Shown one piece after another: positions 58,887-64,000 of a stretch of DNA of 64,000 bases (its first letter is position 1; each line of letters starts with the position of its first letter). The DNA lies in assembly GCA_964416365.1 (NCBI GenBank), contig CAYQDO010000001.1:4050-68049 (forward strand). Direction: 5' to 3'. The notes below the pieces were generated by a model that did no database searches, had not been told where the DNA came from, and was given only the letters and a program-made list of their open reading frames with translations. A program made the position numbers and the translations under genes. The stretch is from an uncultured Muribaculaceae bacterium. Lineage in GTDB: Bacteria; Bacillota_I; Bacilli_A; RF39; UBA660.

Positions 58887-60629
58887 TTAAAACTTTAAAG
58901 TTTTATTATTGATATTGTTTTGAATTTTTGAAATAAATTCATCTACTACTATAGTATAAGATTTTTCTTGACCATAAAGGCGATAAGTCACTACTTTACT
59001 TTCTTTTTCGCGATCACCAAGGATAATAGTTAATGGAACTTTCTTAGTTTGACTCTCTCTAATTTTATATGATAGTTTCTCCTCACGAGAATCAAAATTA
59101 ATTCTTAATCCATGTTCCTTAAAGACTTGTTCTAGTTGTTTAGCATATTCCATATGATATTCATTATTAACCGGAATAATATTTATTTGAACTGGGGCAA
59201 GCCATAAAGGGAATGCTCCAGCAAAATGTTCAATTAAAATACCAAAGAATCTTTCAATCGAACCAAAGATAACTCTATGGACCATAATTGGTCTTTTCTT
59301 AAAACCATCTTTATCAACATAAGTTAAATCAAATCTTTCTGGTAAATTCATATCAAGTTGAATAGTACCACATTGCCAGCTTCTTCCTAAAGCATCTTTA
59401 ATGTGGAAATCCAGTTTAGGTCCATAGAATGCTCCATCTCCTGGATTAATTTTAAATTCTTTACCAGTCTTCTTACAAATTTCCTCTAGGATAACTTCGC
59501 TTTTTTCCCAAGCAGCTATATCACCAATAAATTTTTCTACAGGTCTTGTAGATAATTCAATACGATAATCAAAACCAAAAATACTATAAATACGATCAAT
59601 AAAATTAATTAAACGAATAATTTCATCTTCGATTTGATCTTCTCTCATAAAGATATGAGCATCATCTTGAGTAAATTGTCTTACTCTAAACAATCCTGAT
59701 AAAGCTCCGCTAGCTTCGTGACGATGAACTAAACCAAGTTCTCCACATCTAATTGGTAAATCTTTATAAGAATGTAAACCATTTTTATAAACAAGCATTC
59801 CACCCGGACAATTCATAGGTTTAATAGCATATACACTTTCATCAACATTAGTAATATACATATTTTCTTTATAGTTTTCCCAGTGTCCTGATACTTCCCA
59901 TAATTTTTTATCCATTAAGATTGGTGTTTTAACAAAAGTATATCCTTCTTTAATATGTTCTTCATACCAGAAGTTTTCAAGTATATTACGAACAGTCATC
60001 CCATTTGGTAAGAAGAATGGCATCCCAGGAGCATATTCACTAATCATGAATAATTCTAAATCTCTACCTAATTTACGATGATCTCTTTTTTGTGCTTCTT
60101 CTAAGAAATTTAAATATTCTTTTAATTCTTCTTCTGTTTCAAAAGAGATGCCATAGATTCTTTGGAGCATCTTGTTATCGGCATCACCTTTCCAATATGC
60201 TCCGGAAACCTTAAGTAGTTTAAAATATTTTAATTCCTTAACTGATTCGACATGAGGTCCACGACAAAGATCAGTAAAATCTCCATGCGTATAAGTACTG
60301 ATAACTGTGTTTTCATCCATGTTTTCAATTAAATCAATTTTATATGAATCGTTTTCAAACATTTTGGAAGCTTCATCTTTAGAAATTTCATTTCTGATCA
60401 TTCTCTTGCCATCTTTAGCAATTTTCTTCATTTCTCTTTCAATTTTTTCTAAATCATCTTCTTTAATAACGTCATTGCCTAAATCGATATCATAGTAAAA
60501 ACCATCATCAATAACTGGTCCAACCCAAAATAAAGCATGTGGGTATAAATGTTTTACCGCACTAGCAAGTAAATGGGCACAACTATGATTTATAACATTT
60601 AATCTAGCGTCTTCTTTTATATTTTTCAT
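58887..60629 (-). CDS. thrS: threonyl-tRNA synthetase (class II, no N-terminal TGS domain)
   Basis: HSCAHLLASAV in the editing domain and the class II motif FRVRQFTQDDAHIF. 580 aa. Confidence 0.85.
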   Translation of the reverse strand: MKNIKEDARLNVINHSCAHLLASAVKHLYPHALFWVGPVIDDGFYYDIDLGNDVIKEDDLEKIEREMKKIAKDGKRMIRNEISKDEASKMFENDSYKIDLIENMDENTVISTYTHGDFTDLCRGPHVESVKELKYFKLLKVSGAYWKGDADNKMLQRIYGISFETEEELKEYLNFLEEAQKRDHRKLGRDLELFMISEYAPGMPFFLPNGMTVRNILENFWYEEHIKEGYTFVKTPILMDKKLWEVSGHWENYKENMYITNVDESVYAIKPMNCPGGMLVYKNGLHSYKDLPIRCGELGLVHRHEASGALSGLFRVRQFTQDDAHIFMREDQIEDEIIRLINFIDRIYSIFGFDYRIELSTRPVEKFIGDIAAWEKSEVILEEICKKTGKEFKINPGDGAFYGPKLDFHIKDALGRSWQCGTIQLDMNLPERFDLTYVDKDGFKKRPIMVHRVIFGSIERFFGILIEHFAGAFPLWLAPVQINIIPVNNEYHMEYAKQLEQVFKEHGLRINFDSREEKLSYKIRESQTKKVPLTIILGDREKESKVVTYRLYGQEKSYTIVVDEFISKIQNNINNKTLKF

Positions 60630-60796
60630 TTTCCTCTTCCTTCTCTTTTATCTTCTAACATTTTTTTTGTCATTTGAGCTTTAACATCTTTAATTTGCTT
60701 ATTTATTTCTTCAATTTCTTCCGGCTTTAAATTCTTGCCTAGTATCGTTAATTTATATCTTAATTGATATAGTTTTTTACGTATATCTTCATTCAT
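60626..60796 (-). CDS. 56-aa ORF translationally coupled to thrS, between the T-box terminator and thrS
   Basis: RBS AGGAAGGA 8 nt before the ATG. Its TGA overlaps the thrS ATG (ATGA). Translation: MNEDIRKKLYQLRYKLTILGKNLKPEEIEEINKQIKDVKAQMTKKMLEDKREGRGK. Confidence 0.4.
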   Translation of the reverse strand: MNEDIRKKLYQLRYKLTILGKNLKPEEIEEINKQIKDVKAQMTKKMLEDKREGRGK

Positions 60797-61060
60797 ATAT
60801 AATCCTTCCTAAAATAAAAAGGACGTGTACCAAGGAGTGCTTAAAACACGGTACCATCCTAATATTTTCTCTTAACTTTTAACGCAAGTTACACGGAAAT
60901 GATTGGTTTCTCTCCAAGGTAGTAATTATTAGATTTTATTATTAGCTTCCACCTAATGCTAACTCTCTGTAAATAATTATTTAATAATCATGTCCTTCTC
61001 TTTGATTTAAACAGATTTTATCATATATTATATGAATTTGCAAGACAATACAAAATCATT
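60797..61060 (-). promoter_or_regulatory. T-box riboswitch leader upstream of thrS
   Basis: The minus strand carries AGAGAG, GGTGGAAGCTAATA, a specifier region AAUUACUACC (Thr ACU/ACC), the F-box TGCGTTA, and the T-box AATATTAGGATGGTACCGTG followed by TCCTTTTTATTTT. Confidence 0.65.
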
Positions 61061-61111
61061 ATATTTCAAATTAATTATATTTATGATAAAATTATATTAG
61101 AGTAAGTGATA

Positions 61112-62755
61112 ATGATGGACAAGTTAATTTTTAAAATAACTAAAAATATATTAAGTGTTTCGATCTTAAAAAAAGATACCCTAAAAGAAGATTTAAACAA
61201 CACTAATATAATCGATACTAAAGAATTAGTATTTAGTAAAGATTATATTTTAGAAAATATAGAACTGGTATCTTCTTTTTTGAATGTCGTTATTATCAAA
61301 AGAGAAATCAAAAAGATTAGTGTCAAAGATTATGACATCATTCCACTAACTATTAAGATTATAAATCATATCCCCTCTATTGAAGAACTTTATTTAAAGC
61401 CAGATAAACAAATAAATTACAAAATTTTTTTACAATTATTGGAAAACAAACACTTAAAATTTTTAGAAGTATATGATATTCCTATATATTTATTAGAACG
61501 TTTAGACATTAATAAAAACTTAGAAATCAAAATGCGCGCTGAAATGTTTTTTATTAGTAATTTTATGACAGATAACAATTTCAATACTTATAGTGATCTT
61601 TACTATAAAAAAAATATTCAAATCAATCATTTATTTACAAAGGAAGACATTGAAGATTTTAACACTTTTATAAATATTAATCGTTATTTGAAAGTAATTA
61701 CTATTAATAAATTTTCTCGTTCAGTTTTGGATTATATTATTGACCAATTAATTGAGGTGAACAAATCCGACATTAAAATTATGATCACTGAAGAAGGAAA
61801 TAACTTAACAGAGATATATCAAGCAATTAATAAACTTAAAAACAAAAATGATAGAATTTTTAAAGAACTGAATATCCAATTTAAAGTGAATTATAGCCTT
61901 GAATATAAAAGAAAAAATTTAGTCAAACAATTAAATTTAAATTTTATTAAAATATGCATTTGTTCTGTAATAGTTTTAATAATATTCTTAATGAGTCTTA
62001 ATTATTATAAGAATTATACGCAAACTCGTGATATTAAAAATATAGAAAAGGAATTAAAACAAATTATTAATCAAATTGACAAAGAATACTCCATAGATAA
62101 TCAAGATGAAGATATTGAAATTATAGGAGGTACACCAGATTATACTGTCCCTACTACCACAAAAAGTACTTATGTAAGTTCATATTATAAAAATTATGAA
62201 AAAGTATTTGATACCCTTTTAAAAATCAATGCTGATACAGTTGGCTGGCTTACGGTAAATAATACAAGAATTGATTATCCTATAGTTAAAGCTAAAGATA
62301 ATGATTACTATTTGAAAAGAGACTATAATAAATATCGTAATTCTATGGGTTGGATTTTTATGGATTATCGTAATAGAATTGATATTTTAAATCAAAATAC
62401 AATAATTTATGGTCATAATATAAAAGATGGGATTATGTTTGGAACTTTAAGATATGCCTTAAATAGTTCGTGGTATACTAAAACTGCTAATCAGATTATT
62501 ACTTTTAATACTTTAAACGCTGCAATGAAGTGGCAAATTATTTCCATATATAAGATTCCTAATACAACTGATTATTTAACTACTTCATTTTTTAGTAAAG
62601 AAGAATATCAAACTTTCCTAGATATGATTGTTGGTAGAAGTATTTATAACTTTAAACAACCCGTTACTACCAGTGATAAAATATTAACCCTTTCTACTTG
62701 TCAAAATCGTGGTGATGAAAGATTAGTCATTCATGCTAAATTAATAGTTGAATAA
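61112..62755 (+). CDS. class B sortase with a ~290-aa N-terminal cytoplasmic extension
   Basis: The C-terminal ~230 aa carry GWLTVNNTRIDYPIV, YGHN (His) and TLSTC (catalytic Cys), and lie after a TM helix (ICICSVIVLIIFLMSL). The N-terminal 290 aa have no sortase similarity. Confidence 0.65.
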   Translation: MMDKLIFKITKNILSVSILKKDTLKEDLNNTNIIDTKELVFSKDYILENIELVSSFLNVVIIKREIKKISVKDYDIIPLTIKIINHIPSIEELYLKPDKQINYKIFLQLLENKHLKFLEVYDIPIYLLERLDINKNLEIKMRAEMFFISNFMTDNNFNTYSDLYYKKNIQINHLFTKEDIEDFNTFININRYLKVITINKFSRSVLDYIIDQLIEVNKSDIKIMITEEGNNLTEIYQAINKLKNKNDRIFKELNIQFKVNYSLEYKRKNLVKQLNLNFIKICICSVIVLIIFLMSLNYYKNYTQTRDIKNIEKELKQIINQIDKEYSIDNQDEDIEIIGGTPDYTVPTTTKSTYVSSYYKNYEKVFDTLLKINADTVGWLTVNNTRIDYPIVKAKDNDYYLKRDYNKYRNSMGWIFMDYRNRIDILNQNTIIYGHNIKDGIMFGTLRYALNSSWYTKTANQIITFNTLNAAMKWQIISIYKIPNTTDYLTTSFFSKEEYQTFLDMIVGRSIYNFKQPVTTSDKILTLSTCQNRGDERLVIHAKLIVE

Positions 62756-62767
62756 AAAAAGGATTTT

Positions 62768-63547
62768 CTAATCCTTTTTTTTGCTTTTTAAAAGTTCTAA
62801 CAAGGCACGCATTTGACGATAATCCTCTAGCGAGAATATTTCTTCTTCCTTTTGTTTGGCCATTATTTCATTTTCTATTTTTAAATTCGGTTTTTTTAAA
62901 TCCCTAATTCTTTTTGGTAATACTATTTCATCATAGAAAGTGCCTGTTTGTAATTTTACTTCTTCTAGTTTTTCCTTAGGAGATACAATTTTGATTATTT
63001 TATATAGAATTAATCCAATAATCCAAATAAAAAAAATAATTAAACTCAGTTCTAATAGCATCATTAAACTACTGTTAGTATATATACTTACCTTATTTGA
63101 TAAATCTACATTACTATTTGCTATCTCATCTAAGATTAAAAAGAAAAGAAAACTGTTGGCAATTAAAACAAAAGCATTAATTCTTTTAATTATTTTATTC
63201 ATTTTCTTACTAACAATACTTACGATTAAGATAATGATACTGATAATAAGCATTAAAATATATTGTAAGACGGTAGGAAAATAAACAATAGCAACAATGT
63301 TCTTGGCAATAGTATCAAATATTTTTAATAAAGATTCAACATATGAATTCATAAAAAATATTATTAAAATAAAAGAAACTATAGCATATATAATTTTGGT
63401 CTTACGATCTTTCTTTGATATTAATAAGATATCAACTACCATAAGAATAATACCTAATAAAAGAATCAAAAAAAGAGGCGATTCAATAACAAGATTAAAA
63501 ACAGTTTTAATCTTGTCCAATAGAGTATACTCTACCATATGAATCAC
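62768..63547 (-). CDS. polytopic membrane protein, hypothetical
   Basis: 259 aa, about 6 TM segments, with a C-terminal charged coiled-coil tail. Confidence 0.4.
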   Translation of the reverse strand: MIHMVEYTLLDKIKTVFNLVIESPLFLILLLGIILMVVDILLISKKDRKTKIIYAIVSFILIIFFMNSYVESLLKIFDTIAKNIVAIVYFPTVLQYILMLIISIIILIVSIVSKKMNKIIKRINAFVLIANSFLFFLILDEIANSNVDLSNKVSIYTNSSLMMLLELSLIIFFIWIIGLILYKIIKIVSPKEKLEEVKLQTGTFYDEIVLPKRIRDLKKPNLKIENEIMAKQKEEEIFSLEDYRQMRALLELLKSKKKD

Positions 63548-63562
63548 CTCTTCCCCTTTTTA

Positions 63563-64000
63563 TCAATTCACTTTTTCACTAATATAAATTGTTTGTGTAG
63601 CCTTATCTCCTTTTGTACATGTTATTAAGGTTAATGTTGTCGCATTTTTATTTCTTCTAACCACAACATCACCATCTTTTAAATCAGTATAAATATTCTT
63701 AATAATGTATTTATATTCTTTTTCCTTGTATGTAATAAATATCTCATCACCAAGTGCTAATTTATATAAATCCTTGAAGAAAGAAACCGCACTACTTCCA
63801 GAATGCCCAGCAATAATAAAATTACCTTTCTCAATATCTGGATAATTAGAAGGTTTTATAACTTGAATATTGCGATTGACATTATTATATTTATGGTCTA
63901 TTTCGGTAAAACCTTTTCTTAAATTTAATTTAGGAATAGACAAATATCCAACATAATATTTTGTATAGTCAATTGGTGGTGCCGTAACTTTAGGAGTTTC
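63563..64000 (-). CDS. srtA: class A sortase (partial; N-terminus lies beyond the window end)
   Basis: ...YLSIPKLNL...IAGHSG...TLTLITC. The reading frame stays open upstream to position 64000. The track's M at 63943 is a TTG, not the true start. Confidence 0.7.
   Translation of the reverse strand, partial: ETPKVTAPPIDYTKYYVGYLSIPKLNLRKGFTEIDHKYNNVNRNIQVIKPSNYPDIEKGNFIIAGHSGSSAVSFFKDLYKLALGDEIFITYKEKEYKYIIKNIYTDLKDGDVVVRRNKNATTLTLITCTKGDKATQTIYISEKVN

Noticed and set aside
1-64000. Scanned for CRISPR arrays, tRNA and rRNA genes, integrases and transposases
   Set aside because: There are no regularly spaced direct repeats. No tRNA-like T-arm or acceptor signatures (e.g. GGTTCGAATCC) were recognised. 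No integrase or transposase-like ORFs were seen.

Overview
The window is a very AT-rich, cell-walled, low-GC Firmicute chromosomal segment (roughly 27% GC by eye). It uses the standard genetic code: a small ORF ends in TGA and conserved genes contain no in-frame TGA. Most of it is housekeeping, with Bacillus-like synteny: mutS, the ylbL/ylbJ cluster, efp, rpmG, a PBP2, nfo, an A subunit of topoisomerase IV/gyrase, rplU-prp-rpmA preceded by spoIVFB/spoIVFA-like, mreD, mreC and radC genes, proS, murB, a T-box-controlled ValS-type synthetase, tsf, rpsB, xth, dacA, trpS, rpsT, recD2, mtaB, and a T-box-controlled thrS. No tRNA, rRNA, CRISPR array, IS element or prophage was seen.

The part worth a second look is a dispersed surface-filament system:
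- Three canonical prepilin-leader proteins: a pseudopilin translationally coupled to ftsW, a ComGC-like pilin behind a textbook sigma-A promoter with a palindromic operator, and a 571-aa modular pilin.
- An orphan N1-less PilB/GspE-type ATPase.
- Three proteins with a SipW-cognate (TasA/camelysin-like) signal and N-terminal domain. Two are large tandem paralogs that share an ~800-bp near-identical DNA repeat but have divergent C-terminal halves.
- The two paralogs and the giant pilin all end in the same ~25-residue C-terminal tail, ending ...[D/N]PFRV, which is not a known sorting signal.
- Associated elements are a ParA/MinD-like ATPase, a TadE-like small membrane protein, translationally coupled micro-membrane peptides, an ASST-like beta-propeller protein and a SEDS-family gene.

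Also notable are a class-B sortase carrying a ~290-aa N-terminal cytoplasmic domain next to a class-A sortase, and a 56-aa ORF translationally coupled between the thrS T-box terminator and thrS.
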